64,000 bases of DNA from a virus (IMGVR_UViG_3300043423_000073:1-64000); one strand, 5' to 3'. Shown: positions 10,583-20,769, counted from the stretch's first letter. Translations and numbers: made by a program. Notes: a model not told the origin generated them from the sequence alone.

Positions 10583-11341
10583 TTAAGGCTGAGCGTTGAC
10601 AGTGATCTGGGTTCCTGCAGGCAACACTTGACCCGAGTTATTGGTCAAGGTCAAGGTTACGAACTCGTCTTGGCGAACCTCACCTGAAAGCACAACACCA
10701 TTGGGCAGACTATGAGTGTAGCCCAGCTTAGGGACGCTTGCCAGCGTGAGTCCTACAATGCGAACCTCAAAGGTAGCCGATACGTTATCAGGGATTGCTG
10801 TTTGTGTTGTAAGCGTGCCTGTCAGTGTTAAACCTGTTCCCATAGGAGGGGCGCCTAAGCTTACCGTGGCCCAGCCGGGTTGATTGTTAGGCAACGTGCC
10901 GCTAGGCTGCTCAATGCCGTTCTGATAGACTCTCGCCCCTTCTGGCGGCGTGTAGGCCGCGCCTTGCTCAAAGAGTAAGTCAAAGACGGCAGTACCTAGC
11001 GGACATAGCTCAGCAAGAACAGGGTAGGAAACAAAAAGGTTCCATCGGCGTCCGTCAAAGGCAAACAGACCAGGAGGTAACGCGCCTAAAGGCCGCGACA
11101 GCACCACGACGTCATGTCCGCCTGCAGTGTCAAAGTCCGGCACCCAAGGTGCGTACAGAGTGTTTGTTTTGGTTGCGCCTACAAACACGTTGACTTTAAC
11201 CAGGAATGGCCCAGAGAACTCTGAGGTGTAGACACTTTCAAATCGCATTGTTAGTCCTTTACTGTCACCTTGATCGCAGGCAATCTGCCTCTTGTGCACA
11301 TTAATGCTCGCTTCCGCCATCGCGATCAGGCGGTCCCCCAT
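10583..11341 (-). CDS. putative structural protein
   Basis: 252-aa beta-rich ORF in the tail module; N-half resembles 14275-14904 (PGL(F/Y)AF...W...V.Y..LA). Confidence 0.5.
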   Translation of the reverse strand: MGDRLIAMAEASINVHKRQIACDQGDSKGLTMRFESVYTSEFSGPFLVKVNVFVGATKTNTLYAPWVPDFDTAGGHDVVVLSRPLGALPPGLFAFDGRRWNLFVSYPVLAELCPLGTAVFDLLFEQGAAYTPPEGARVYQNGIEQPSGTLPNNQPGWATVSLGAPPMGTGLTLTGTLTTQTAIPDNVSATFEVRIVGLTLASVPKLGYTHSLPNGVVLSGEVRQDEFVTLTLTNNSGQVLPAGTQITVNAQP

Positions 11342-14256
11342 TGAGCTTTAATGAACTGCTCGGCCGTCTGCATCTGCGGATCGGTCAGCGCAGGCCAAAT
11401 AACCATTTGCGGCATCTGGCCCAAGAAAGGACGGGCTCCGGCAGTAGAGTTGAAGTTGCCCCACAACACGTCTGTAGAGTCATTGCTGGCTGCGGCCACA
11501 CCAGCCAAAATCTGCACGCCGTTCAGCCGGATCGTGTAAGCCTTCGTCGCCTCCACGTACCGAACAGTCAGCAAGTTCCGCTGGTTTACCGGGATGACCA
11601 CGGTGCCGGGGCTGTTTGTTGCCCAGGCGCTGGCCTGGCGGAAGCCGACCACCGCGCCGCCGGTAGCCGTGCGCAGTTGGACTGTGAATGATCCCGTCAA
11701 GCCAGAGAAAAGAGACTCCGACCCGACTGCGGCGATAGGCACAGTCGTCGCGATCACCATCATCAGCACGTAGTCCGCTCCAGCTATGTTGCTACCAACC
11801 AGGGCGGTAGTGCTCATGCCGGTGCTGACGCTCGTCTCCCTGCCCCATTTGATTGACGGCAATGCGCCGCCGCCGTAGCCATACAGAGCTCCGTTGCGCA
11901 CAATTTGCGGGGACACCATCGTGATGCCGCCCTGGTTGAACGGTATCAAGTCGTAGCCAAGCGGGCCTTGATCCCGCATCAACTCAACAAAGGCATTCCC
12001 TGATCCGGCGAAGCCAACGAGAGCAGCCGTGTCGATCACGTTGTTGACCGCAAAAGGCACGTCGCTTTGCTGCGCGTCTGCTGACCTCGACACCTTGTAT
12101 GGTGCGCCAGTGAACTCGGGCCGCAACCGGAAGGGTGAGTACCCTGCCAGGAAGTTAACGCCGACGACTTCGGTCAGCATGGGCCCGGCTGTCGAAAACG
12201 TCGTCACCGTAGACGCAGGCCCGTTGCCAACACTGTTTTGGGTTGTGACGCGGGCGTCGTAAGCCACCCCTGTGGTCAACCCGGTCACTGTTGCCGTGGT
12301 GCCCGACACCGTCTGCGACTGCCATGCGCCCGCCGGAGAGACGCGCCATTCAACGATGTAGGCCGTCGGCGCACCACCAGACACCGGAGCTGCCCAGCTA
12401 TACGTCAAACTGGTGGACGTCGCAGCAGTCACCGCAAGCGTGGTGACTTGCCCCGGAGCCGTCAACGAGCCAATCGTCGTTGCAGTAACTGTGGCCGATG
12501 GCGTACCTGCCGCACTGCCCGCTGCCAAGGCCGTTACCCGGAAATCGTAGCCCGTCAGGGATACCAGACCGGTGACTGTAGCCGCGGTGGCCAGCGAAAT
12601 GCCGTCTGCAAAAGTAGCCCAAGTGCCACTTGGCGACGTACGGAATTCGACGCGGTAGTCAACCACTGCTGCACCGCTCGCAGGCGCAGCCCACGAAAGC
12701 GCCACGGAGGCATTGGTAATCGTGCCGGCAGTCAAGCCAGTGACCTGGCCTGGCGTCGGGAGAGGAGGTGTTGCCGTCGCTGTTGCCGACACAGCGCCAG
12801 CGCCACCAGTATTGAGAGCGGTCACTCGAAAATTGTAAGCCACGCCCGCCGTTAGCCCGGTCACAGTGGTGGCTGTGGCCGTTGAGACACCCTCACTGAA
12901 GACAGACCATGCGCCGCCAGGCGACACGCGGGACTCGACACGGTAGTCATTCGGCGTGCCGCCAGACGATGGTGCAGTCCATGTCAGTGCTACGCTAGTG
13001 GCGGTCAGCGCACCAACGGTCAGGCCGGTCACTTGCCCAGGAGGAGTTGCAGCAGGTGTAGCAGAGGCGACGGCGCTCGGCGTTGATGTTCCAACTTCGT
13101 TGACGCTAGAAATCCGCACTTCGTAGGAAGTCCCGGCAGTCAGGCCGGTGATCGTCTGGCGCCGGAGAGCGTTCGGTGTGCGTGCGGAGACCTGCCAGTT
13201 TCCGGCCGGTAGCGCCCTGAACTCGACGGCGTAGTTTGTGGCTCGGCAAAGCGGCGTAATCCACTCAACCGAGAGACTCGTTTCGCTCAATACAGCAAGG
13301 CGTGGCGCATCAGCGGGGGGTACGGGCGCTGAGCCAGTCAGGTTAAACGCCGCCGCGACGGCTTCGGTTGCCATCCTCGTACCCATAACCCGTGCGCCCA
13401 TTGCGTTGTAATGCAGGAAGTCGCCGACCTGAGCGCCCGAGATGCCGAGAGCGTATCCCGTCCGCTGTTTACGTGTGAGCGTCTGGACGTGCACGGCATC
13501 TATTTCGGGGAAGTACTGCCTGGTGCTGATCGCCTCGGGGACCATTGCACCAATGACGAACCACGAGTTTGCGGCGGTCGGTATCCGGGTGCGCACAGCA
13601 TCAATCAGCTGGTCGAGGGCGCTTGCGTACTGAGCAGGGGTCACGCCCACCGTAGCGTCGCGCTCACCCTGGACCCAAATTGTCCCGACGAATCGTGACG
13701 CGGGGTGAATGGCTTGAGCCGCCGCCAGCGCTTGCTGACTCTGATAAATCATGTTCTCAAACAAGCTCGACTTCACATCGGCGACGGGGGCTGACCCCGG
13801 AACAATGGTGTTTGCAGCGGGGCTCCACGGTGCTGGGCTTGACACGACGCCCGTTCCGCCCCAGCCCAAAGGAACCAGCAGAACGCGGCGATTCGGCGGC
13901 AACAAGTCTGCGTAAGCCCGACCAAAGGCCAAGCCCGGCCCGACCTGCGCGGTGTTGGTGCCCTCAGGGTGATGAAGCTTCTCGCTGGCCAAAAAGATGG
14001 TTCGATACCGAGCATCCGCAGGCGCCCCGCCGTACTGCCAAACTTCTTGGTGTGTCACGTCTAAAAGTGCGTCGAACGTGCCGCGCCCGCAAATGTTGCT
14101 TTGACCGGCTACTGCGATCACATCGAAACCTATGTCGTTCGCGTTTGGACGGTCGGCCTTTGCCTCCAGGTCAGTGACGGACGGCGCACCGAGAGCGGCG
14201 CGAATGTTTGTTTTTTCCTGCGAGGTTGCGGTTGAGAGTTCGATGTTTGTTGGCAT
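11326..14256 (-). CDS. SGNH (SASA/CE6-type) O-acetylesterase + 4 fibronectin type III repeats + C-terminal lectin/LamG-like domain
   Basis: AGQSN, WVQGE and DFLHY catalytic blocks; four W.AP...Y.VE.R...TGL...Y..RV FN3 repeats. Confidence 0.85.
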   Translation of the reverse strand: MPTNIELSTATSQEKTNIRAALGAPSVTDLEAKADRPNANDIGFDVIAVAGQSNICGRGTFDALLDVTHQEVWQYGGAPADARYRTIFLASEKLHHPEGTNTAQVGPGLAFGRAYADLLPPNRRVLLVPLGWGGTGVVSSPAPWSPAANTIVPGSAPVADVKSSLFENMIYQSQQALAAAQAIHPASRFVGTIWVQGERDATVGVTPAQYASALDQLIDAVRTRIPTAANSWFVIGAMVPEAISTRQYFPEIDAVHVQTLTRKQRTGYALGISGAQVGDFLHYNAMGARVMGTRMATEAVAAAFNLTGSAPVPPADAPRLAVLSETSLSVEWITPLCRATNYAVEFRALPAGNWQVSARTPNALRRQTITGLTAGTSYEVRISSVNEVGTSTPSAVASATPAATPPGQVTGLTVGALTATSVALTWTAPSSGGTPNDYRVESRVSPGGAWSVFSEGVSTATATTVTGLTAGVAYNFRVTALNTGGAGAVSATATATPPLPTPGQVTGLTAGTITNASVALSWAAPASGAAVVDYRVEFRTSPSGTWATFADGISLATAATVTGLVSLTGYDFRVTALAAGSAAGTPSATVTATTIGSLTAPGQVTTLAVTAATSTSLTYSWAAPVSGGAPTAYIVEWRVSPAGAWQSQTVSGTTATVTGLTTGVAYDARVTTQNSVGNGPASTVTTFSTAGPMLTEVVGVNFLAGYSPFRLRPEFTGAPYKVSRSADAQQSDVPFAVNNVIDTAALVGFAGSGNAFVELMRDQGPLGYDLIPFNQGGITMVSPQIVRNGALYGYGGGALPSIKWGRETSVSTGMSTTALVGSNIAGADYVLMMVIATTVPIAAVGSESLFSGLTGSFTVQLRTATGGAVVGFRQASAWATNSPGTVVIPVNQRNLLTVRYVEATKAYTIRLNGVQILAGVAAASNDSTDVLWGNFNSTAGARPFLGQMPQMVIWPALTDPQMQTAEQFIKAQWGTA

Positions 14257-14274
14257 GGTGTTGCTCCAAAAAAT

Positions 14275-14904
14275 TTAGGCAGGGTTAAAGGTTACGTAGA
14301 GGCCGTTTAGTGTTAACGGCTGGCCGTTGAGTGTGATGAGGCCGGGGGGCAAGGCGCTCGCGTCACTAGCGGCCCACCGACCTATCTGGCTCCACGAGCC
14401 AGGATCATTGGCAACAGTGAGGATCACAACCCGTGTGTAGCTTGGCGTGCCCGATGCGGGTGTAGCCGTCTCTGTCATAGTCAGCCCGCCGTTTGAGTAA
14501 ACGCGGGTAAACTGCAAAGGGGCCTGCGCAATGTAAACAACCGCAGGGCGGTAGCTAGAAAACACTGCTTCAGGGGCCAAGGATACGCCGGCCTGCCATT
14601 TGGGTGCGCTCGCAGTTGCCGCGTAGTCTGCGGCGTCCGCAACTATAACGTCGAGCTGCGCGTCACCCAAGGCGGCAAGCTCATTGTAGGCAACACAAAA
14701 AATCCACTTACTGTCTTGACCAAAGGCGTAAAGACCAGGTTCAAAACTGCCGCGCCGCTCGGAAAGCAGGAACACGGAAAGGCTTTTGTCGGCAGTGTCA
14801 AAGTCGACGCCAGATGGTAAACGTAACGACCGTACGCGGGTGTTACCAGATAAAACGGTTACAGTGATGTTGAGTTCCATTGTTAGTCCTTTTGCGCGTC
14901 GCAA
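14275..14904 (-). CDS. putative structural protein
   Basis: ORF in tail module; probable start MELNIT. Confidence 0.5.
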   Translation of the reverse strand: MRRAKGLTMELNITVTVLSGNTRVRSLRLPSGVDFDTADKSLSVFLLSERRGSFEPGLYAFGQDSKWIFCVAYNELAALGDAQLDVIVADAADYAATASAPKWQAGVSLAPEAVFSSYRPAVVYIAQAPLQFTRVYSNGGLTMTETATPASGTPSYTRVVILTVANDPGSWSQIGRWAASDASALPPGLITLNGQPLTLNGLYVTFNPA

Positions 14905-15197
14905 ACGTCAGGTGCTCCGCTACGCAGCGCACGGATACGCTCTTCGAGCAAAACATCTTCTCGCCTCGACTGCTGGTTTCTTGCTAAGATGGTGTGGATC
15001 GAAACAATGATCTGCACACACAGACCGACTAGGCCGACAATCATGCCGACCACCATTGCCGTCTCGTTGAGAGTGAGGCTGCCTACGACGGCAACACCTC
15101 CGCCACCTACGGTTGACGCCGCAGACATTTTCACAAGAACAGCGTCTGACACGCTGCTGATAAGGTTAGGAGATTCAGTTTGCATCTTCTTTTGCAC
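14883..15197 (-). CDS. holin-like membrane protein
   Basis: Hydrophobic segment(s) followed by a charged C-terminus; sits behind the late-promoter motif. Confidence 0.5.
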   Translation of the reverse strand: MQKKMQTESPNLISSVSDAVLVKMSAASTVGGGGVAVVGSLTLNETAMVVGMIVGLVGLCVQIIVSIHTILARNQQSRREDVLLEERIRALRSGAPDVCDAQKD

Positions 15198-15267
15198 TTA
15201 GGTTTGGTTTGATTGGGATTGGGGTTGGGGTTGAGGCTGAGCTGGATTAGGGCTGACTAACTTCCCT

Positions 15268-15277
15268 ATAAAATTAG
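15268..15277 (-). promoter_or_regulatory. putative late promoter core CTAATTTTAT
   Basis: Recurrent intergenic motif upstream of - strand structural genes. Confidence 0.6.
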
Positions 15278-15290
15278 GGGCTCGTCTGGG

Positions 15291-15650
15291 TTAGAGCAGG
15301 CGATTCAGCTTGTAGAGAGCACGGGCGTACACTGCCTCTACCTCATCGGCGATAGCAGACAAAGCTTTGCTGTCACCGAGAGCCTGATCTCTACAGGCGC
15401 GAAAGATTTCTAGGTGCTGACCCAACACCGCGTTTGGCGCCAACCCCTCTACTGGCTTATAGGCGTAGGGAATAGGCGTAGGAGTTATACCGCAGCCGTA
15501 GGCAGTCTCTACCAGGTCGTCAATTTTTTCGAGCAGGTCCTCATAGAACTCTTGCAGATGATTATGGGTGCTCGCCTTGTTGGCAAGCAAGTGTTCTCGG
15601 TGAGCATACTCACGACTGAAAAACAATAAGGCAATGAGATCTGGAAACAT
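15291..15650 (-). CDS. ferritin/Dps-like four-helix protein (DUF5856-like)
   Basis: H..H.....H..L.EFYE.L....D.LVE...G and YKL..L pattern. Confidence 0.7.
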   Translation of the reverse strand: MFPDLIALLFFSREYAHREHLLANKASTHNHLQEFYEDLLEKIDDLVETAYGCGITPTPIPYAYKPVEGLAPNAVLGQHLEIFRACRDQALGDSKALSAIADEVEAVYARALYKLNRLL

Positions 15651-15665
15651 ATGTAACTCCTTTCC

Positions 15666-15675
15666 ATAAAATTAG
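15666..15675 (-). promoter_or_regulatory. putative late promoter core CTAATTTTAT
   Basis: 15 nt upstream of the ATG at 15650. Confidence 0.65.
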
Positions 15676-15809
15676 TAGTTGGTGAGGTTTGGTGCGAGGC
15701 CCGGTGCCACACGTTTGGTGAGGTTTGGTTAGGAGAAGTCGGGAAGGTGAGGTTAGGTGAGGTGAGGCTAGAAAAAAGGAACAAAACAGAAACAAACAAC
15801 GAACAAACT

Positions 15810-15818
15810 GTAAATAGC
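15810..15818 (+). promoter_or_regulatory. putative early/middle promoter core GTAAATAGC
   Basis: Upstream of the replication operon; recurs at 21558 (+, variant) and 36183-36191 (-). Confidence 0.4.
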
Positions 15819-15843
15819 ATTGATTGCACAATAGAAACTCGAC

Positions 15844-16692
15844 ATGAAGATACAACCAAAAATTAGTAGGGCAGGCAGGCTAGACTTGCTTGCCGCCTTC
15901 TCGGAATCATGGGGCAACCACTTCATGACCGAGCAAGGCGACGCCTCTCGCCTTGAGCAGCTTAGGTGCAGTGCTTTACCTTACTGCCCGACTTCGGCCT
16001 TGGTGAACTATGCCCAACGCGGCGGCTTCCGCGCCATGGACATGCGCATGGCCTTCTATGTTAGGGTAGGTAGTGCCGTGCATGAGGTCTTCCAAAACTA
16101 TTTGGCCCAGACAGGTAGCCTCCTCGCCGACTATTATTGCCCTCGCTGCAAGACTTGGTTCAGAAGCTCGCATCAGTACGAGCACTGCGACGGGGCGACA
16201 GACTACCACGAAATCACACTGGCCTACAAAGGTGTACACGGACACATTGATGCTGTGTTTAAGGACAAGAGCGGTGAGTACTGGATTGTTGACTTTAAGA
16301 CCTGCTCCCTCGCCGGGTTAACCTCGAAGCTCAAGGCTCCCCCGGCGGGTTACTATGCTCAGGTACGTGCCTACGCCTACCTCCTGTTAAAGCAGTATGG
16401 CATAAGGGTGCGCGGTGTCATGCTCATGTATGTGCCTAGGGATAACCCGGCTAAGCCTGACGCGTGGGAGATGGAGCTGTCAGACAGAGACTTTGAGGAC
16501 ATTAAACTGTTCTTGAAGGGGCAGCTTCGTCTCCACAAAAAGACAATGACTGCGCACACAAAAGAAGACTTCCTGGCCTTAATGGCACACTGCAAGAAGC
16601 AGGACGAGTTTTGCCGGGTGTGCAAGATGAGCGACGCCGATGTACTTTCGGTGTTGAGAAGCAACAAAGACAAGTTCCCAATTCTGAAATGA
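15844..16692 (+). CDS. PD-(D/E)XK exonuclease (Cas4/RecB-like)
   Basis: G.AVH, GHIDA...IVDFKT, Q...YAY motifs and Cys cluster. Confidence 0.8.
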   Translation: MKIQPKISRAGRLDLLAAFSESWGNHFMTEQGDASRLEQLRCSALPYCPTSALVNYAQRGGFRAMDMRMAFYVRVGSAVHEVFQNYLAQTGSLLADYYCPRCKTWFRSSHQYEHCDGATDYHEITLAYKGVHGHIDAVFKDKSGEYWIVDFKTCSLAGLTSKLKAPPAGYYAQVRAYAYLLLKQYGIRVRGVMLMYVPRDNPAKPDAWEMELSDRDFEDIKLFLKGQLRLHKKTMTAHTKEDFLALMAHCKKQDEFCRVCKMSDADVLSVLRSNKDKFPILK

Positions 16693-16931
16693 CGACGAAA
16701 CCAAGATTAAGAAAAGACTCAAACGCAAACACGTACAAGGTACGATGGGCGTGTTCACCACAACCTGGCCTTACGGTGTGCTACGAGGTGGCGCTTGCCG
16801 ACAAGACTGTGCGCGTATGGTTGGCCACAAACAAGCTACGGGCGGAAGCTGTGGAAGCGGTGCTCAAGGCAAATCCCGGTGCTGTTTGCCGGTCAGTGAA
16901 GTGCCTGGGTGTGGTGACGTGTGTGGCGTAG
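16689..16931 (+). CDS. hypothetical protein
   Basis: ATGA-coupled ORF MTTKPRL... Confidence 0.5.
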   Translation: MTTKPRLRKDSNANTYKVRWACSPQPGLTVCYEVALADKTVRVWLATNKLRAEAVEAVLKANPGAVCRSVKCLGVVTCVA

Positions 16932-17009
16932 CTTGTGAAGGGTGACGTGTGACGTTTAGCTTGAGAAGTTAAAGGATTGGCAAATTGAAAACTGAAAAAG
17001 GAAAACAAC

Positions 17010-17237
17010 ATGATGACGGCATTAGTTGAGATCGCTGTGGAAGAGTGTCTAACCAGGATCGGCAACCCTAGCGGTTCGCTGGATGAGTGCTTGGAAGCTT
17101 CTAGCCAGCTGGTAAAGCTGCTAGGTGAAGATGAGGTGAAAGTCCGTATTCACAAAAGCTTTGAAGAAGGTTGGCCCGGCACGCAAGGCAAGGGTTACCG
17201 AGTTTTATCCCGCATGATTCAAGGAGTTCAGAAATGA
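17010..17237 (+). CDS. hypothetical protein
   Basis: RBS AAGGA; 75 aa. Confidence 0.55.
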   Translation: MMTALVEIAVEECLTRIGNPSGSLDECLEASSQLVKLLGEDEVKVRIHKSFEEGWPGTQGKGYRVLSRMIQGVQK

Positions 17238-17347
17238 AGGTGCGAGTACAGAAAAAGGCAGCACTGCTTTGGTTTGCGATCGCAGGCCTTTCAGTTATTG
17301 CCTGGATGGCTTTTGTGATGCTGTCAGTTTGGAAAGGCAGCGTATGA
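17234..17347 (+). CDS. small membrane peptide (37 aa; not in ORF track)
   Basis: RBS AAGGAG; MKVRVQKK + hydrophobic helix; ATGA overlaps at both ends. Confidence 0.45.
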   Translation: MKVRVQKKAALLWFAIAGLSVIAWMAFVMLSVWKGSV

Positions 17348-17553
17348 GGGCAAAGATAACCATTGAGGTGTCACGCACGGTGCAGATAAATTCCTACGAA
17401 CCTGTGTCGGTAAAAGTCATTGAGCAGGTGGAGGTAGGTGAGGACGAGGACGCGAATGAGGTAAGAGATGAAACCTACGCCCGCGTCACCAAGGCGGTGA
17501 AACGCTACATAGATAACGAGGCGGCCAAATACGGCGCTAAGGCAAAGAAATGA
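17344..17553 (+). CDS. hypothetical protein
   Basis: MRAKITIEVSRTVQINSYEP...; coupled to the Rad50-like gene. Confidence 0.6.
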   Translation: MRAKITIEVSRTVQINSYEPVSVKVIEQVEVGEDEDANEVRDETYARVTKAVKRYIDNEAAKYGAKAKK

Positions 17554-19634
17554 TTCAGGTAACAGAGATTGGCATCAAAGGGGTCGGGCCTTTCACTAAA
17601 GGTCAACGCCTGCCTGTTCTCAAAGGCGTCTCCTACGTCTACGGACTAAACCGGGTAACAGGCGAGGCTAACAGCAATGCGGCAGGCAAGACACTGCTAA
17701 CATCGTCTCTCGGCGAGGTTCTATACGACGCGCCAATGGTGGGTACCAAAGCAGACAAGGTCAAAAAGGGAGTCCGCTACGTAAAGTTCCTGCGCCGAGG
17801 CAAAGCCGTAGAGGTTAGGCGCGCAGGCAATAAGCTAACTGTTGCGATTGACGATAAGATTGTGGCAGGCACAAAGACCAAGACAATGGAGGCTCTTAGA
17901 AAGCTATGGCCGATTAGCGAAGAAGAGTTTCGCACCTACGGCTACCTGGCAAGCCACATTGCACACCCGTTGGTCATGGGTACCTCTACCCAGCGCCGTG
18001 CCTTCTTCTCCGAGTTCTTTGGGCTTGAGCAGCTTGCTCAGGAAAAGAAGATTGTGCTGCGAGAGCTTGCAAGATTGAAGGAGGCTAGGGCTACCTTTGT
18101 TGAGGCGCAGGCTAATTACGAGTTGATACGCAATGACTGCCTCGACAAGGCTAGCCTAGAAGAAATAAAGATCACCATTGGCCGACTCGAGCGCAAGGTG
18201 GAAAAGGTGGTCGAGCAGGCAAACAGAGCCTCAGAGGTAAGGCGGCTGTTAAGCGTAAAATCTATGCTGCCTAAGAACCTCGACAGCGAGGTCACCGAAG
18301 ATGACGTTGACCAAGCACGATACGCAGTGCGAAAGGCGCAGCGAAGTGAGAGCCAGCTTGAGGACTACAAGATATACTTGAGGGAGAAGGCAAGGTTTGA
18401 AGAAGCCACAAAGGACCTCCCAGAGTTTGACCTGGGAGAGCTCGAAGAAGCAGTTGAGGCACACCGCAGAGCGTCCGCAGTTGTTCTACCTGAGCAGCCG
18501 ACCAATCCTGGAAAGCCGGAAAAGCCAACGATTGAGCTAGGCGAGGCCACCCGTCGCGTAGAAAAGCTTGAGCACGAACTTGCTCATATACAACAGTTTA
18601 AGAGTGGTGTATGCGACAAGTGCGGACAGGCTGTCCAAACACCACGCTCGGTCAAGCAAGTACGCGCCGCACTTAATGCTGCTGAGGAAGCAGTAAAGCT
18701 GGCAGAGCAAAACGCACAGGCAAGCAAGGCCTACGCTGAGTACAAGAAGGCGGATGCAGCATGGAAAGAGGCGCGTACTGCCTACCTAGCCGCGTGTAAG
18801 ACTGCCAAGGAATTGGCCCCGAAAGTCGAGCTTTACAAAAAGGTTAGCAAGCTCCCGCACAAGCCCGAGAAAGTGTTAAAGCCCAAAGTGCTTGACCTAG
18901 CAACGGCGGAGAAGCAGCTTGAGCTTTTAAGCCTGTCGTTGAAACACAAAGACGACTTGGTCGCTATTAAAGGCCTTACCCGACAGGACATTGAAGAAGC
19001 CGAGGCCTCCGGTGATGCGGCAAGCCTTGTACGCCTGCAAGACAAACTAAGCACACTTCGCTCACGGCTGGCCCAGCATGAAAGTGTTTACGAGAAAGTG
19101 CGGGCCCAGAAGGCAAGGCTCGCAGAACTCACTGCGCAGCTTGAGGATGAAGAAGTCCTACGTGCGCTGCTCAAAGGCTACGACGATAAGGCGGTAAAGC
19201 GCTTGGTGGTCGAGGCGATCAGTGAGCATTTTATGGAGGCATTGAACAGCTACTCAGGCCTAGTCTTCCCTGGCTACAAGTTTACGTTTGATTGGACTGC
19301 AACGCAAGTGTCATTGCTCGTTACAAGGCCAGGCCATGAGCCCACGGATGTGCGGTCTTTGTCTGGGGCAGAGTCCAAGCTTTTCACGCTTATCGCGGTT
19401 ATGGCGCTGCTCAAGTTTGTACCAGCAACCAAACGATTGTCGTTAATCATTCTAGATGAGCCGACGGCGAGCTTCGGTCCCCAGTCTACGGAAATGTTCC
19501 ACAACCTCCTGCCGCAATTGAATAAGTTGATACCTAGTATCATCATTGTGACCCCGAGGACGGAAGAGTATTATCCAGGGGCGCACAAATTCACAGTGGT
19601 ACGTGACCAACAAGGAGCTAGGATATGCAGATAA
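17550..19634 (+). CDS. Rad50/SbcC/gp46-like recombination ATPase
   Basis: Walker A NAAGKT, zinc hook CDKC, signature LSGAE, Walker B LIILDEP, coiled coils. Confidence 0.9.
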   Translation: MIQVTEIGIKGVGPFTKGQRLPVLKGVSYVYGLNRVTGEANSNAAGKTLLTSSLGEVLYDAPMVGTKADKVKKGVRYVKFLRRGKAVEVRRAGNKLTVAIDDKIVAGTKTKTMEALRKLWPISEEEFRTYGYLASHIAHPLVMGTSTQRRAFFSEFFGLEQLAQEKKIVLRELARLKEARATFVEAQANYELIRNDCLDKASLEEIKITIGRLERKVEKVVEQANRASEVRRLLSVKSMLPKNLDSEVTEDDVDQARYAVRKAQRSESQLEDYKIYLREKARFEEATKDLPEFDLGELEEAVEAHRRASAVVLPEQPTNPGKPEKPTIELGEATRRVEKLEHELAHIQQFKSGVCDKCGQAVQTPRSVKQVRAALNAAEEAVKLAEQNAQASKAYAEYKKADAAWKEARTAYLAACKTAKELAPKVELYKKVSKLPHKPEKVLKPKVLDLATAEKQLELLSLSLKHKDDLVAIKGLTRQDIEEAEASGDAASLVRLQDKLSTLRSRLAQHESVYEKVRAQKARLAELTAQLEDEEVLRALLKGYDDKAVKRLVVEAISEHFMEALNSYSGLVFPGYKFTFDWTATQVSLLVTRPGHEPTDVRSLSGAESKLFTLIAVMALLKFVPATKRLSLIILDEPTASFGPQSTEMFHNLLPQLNKLIPSIIIVTPRTEEYYPGAHKFTVVRDQQGARICR

Positions 19635-20362
19635 GAACTTCTCATTGGATCACAACCTTTTACACACCAGCTGCGTTATCTGACGCACTAACCGATGCAG
19701 GCATTGCTCATTCCTTGCAGCTAGGGCCTTTGTCAGGGCGAAAGGTATTCGATCTTTCCTCAAATCTTTCCTCAAACTCAAACTCAAACCTCTCCGCAAA
19801 CTCAACCCAGCCCAAGCAGATTAAGGCACACGTTGCAGGCAGCTTCTCTGCGATCAGAGAAGGTGTTTGTAATTTTATTGTGTGTTGTTATGCGGAGGCG
19901 GCGAGAGCAAAATGCCAGCAGTTGCCTAACAAGGGCGACCTGTTAAGCATTGTGCGCTACGCTGTGAACTGTGAAGTTGAGCAGAACTTTGTGCTTACAC
20001 CGGCGATGAGCCCGCTTGAGTATGTGGCCGAAGTAGCCGAGCCGTCACTGCTAAGCGACATACAGACACTCCTGCTAAAGGTGAATCCGTATGACTTGAG
20101 AAAGCAGGCCGAGCGGATTATGATTCTGGCCTTGGCTGGCAAAACTCCGCTTGGCGAGGCTAAGGCAAGACTAGAGAACAATCTCAAGACTGCCGCGATG
20201 GCGCCGTTCCTCACGCAAGCCGCTCGTCTTAGAAGTGCGGTCATAGACAGCTACCGAATAGGCGGACCGGCCGCGGCAGAGAAGCATAAGGTGGCGGAGT
20301 TTGAGATCAACTATGTGAGAATGAAATGCGATTCAAAGACCAAAGAAACAAATTCTACGTAG
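19625..20362 (+). CDS. hypothetical protein
   Basis: 245-aa ORF in operon. Confidence 0.6.
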   Translation: MQIRTSHWITTFYTPAALSDALTDAGIAHSLQLGPLSGRKVFDLSSNLSSNSNSNLSANSTQPKQIKAHVAGSFSAIREGVCNFIVCCYAEAARAKCQQLPNKGDLLSIVRYAVNCEVEQNFVLTPAMSPLEYVAEVAEPSLLSDIQTLLLKVNPYDLRKQAERIMILALAGKTPLGEAKARLENNLKTAAMAPFLTQAARLRSAVIDSYRIGGPAAAEKHKVAEFEINYVRMKCDSKTKETNST

Positions 20363-20769
20363 TCAACGAAGGTGAGTGGGTACACAATGGAACCGGCATG
20401 GTTCAAGCGACGCGGGAACTAACCTCAATTCTTGTGCGACCCTCAAACCAAATGCTGCTTGTGGCGGAGCAGGTGTTCATAATGGAAGATGCGGCTGTGG
20501 CAACAAACCCGCTTGTTTTGGCGGAGCAGGCGTTTGTCCTATTCGGTAATTCATTTACCGAAGGTACCAAAGTACCTGCTTATCTACCGCAAGGGGCAAC
20601 AGCAGCAATTGCCGTAACAAGCATTGTCGTCGAGGTGACTTATGTGGATGAAGGAACTGAGGGCCTGGCTATACCGACCACGCCGGGCCCTAACGAAGAG
20701 TGCTGCGAACAAGTCTCCCAAGGCTTAATCGCGGCTTGTGCAACTAAGACAGAGGTAACAGTAACATGA
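20326..20769 (+). CDS. hypothetical protein
   Basis: ORF coupled to next gene. Confidence 0.55.
   Translation: MRFKDQRNKFYVVNEGEWVHNGTGMVQATRELTSILVRPSNQMLLVAEQVFIMEDAAVATNPLVLAEQAFVLFGNSFTEGTKVPAYLPQGATAAIAVTSIVVEVTYVDEGTEGLAIPTTPGPNEECCEQVSQGLIAACATKTEVTVT

Noticed and set aside
15844-16692. Cas4 as part of a CRISPR system
   Set aside because: A solo PD-(D/E)XK nuclease in a recombination operon; no array or other cas genes.
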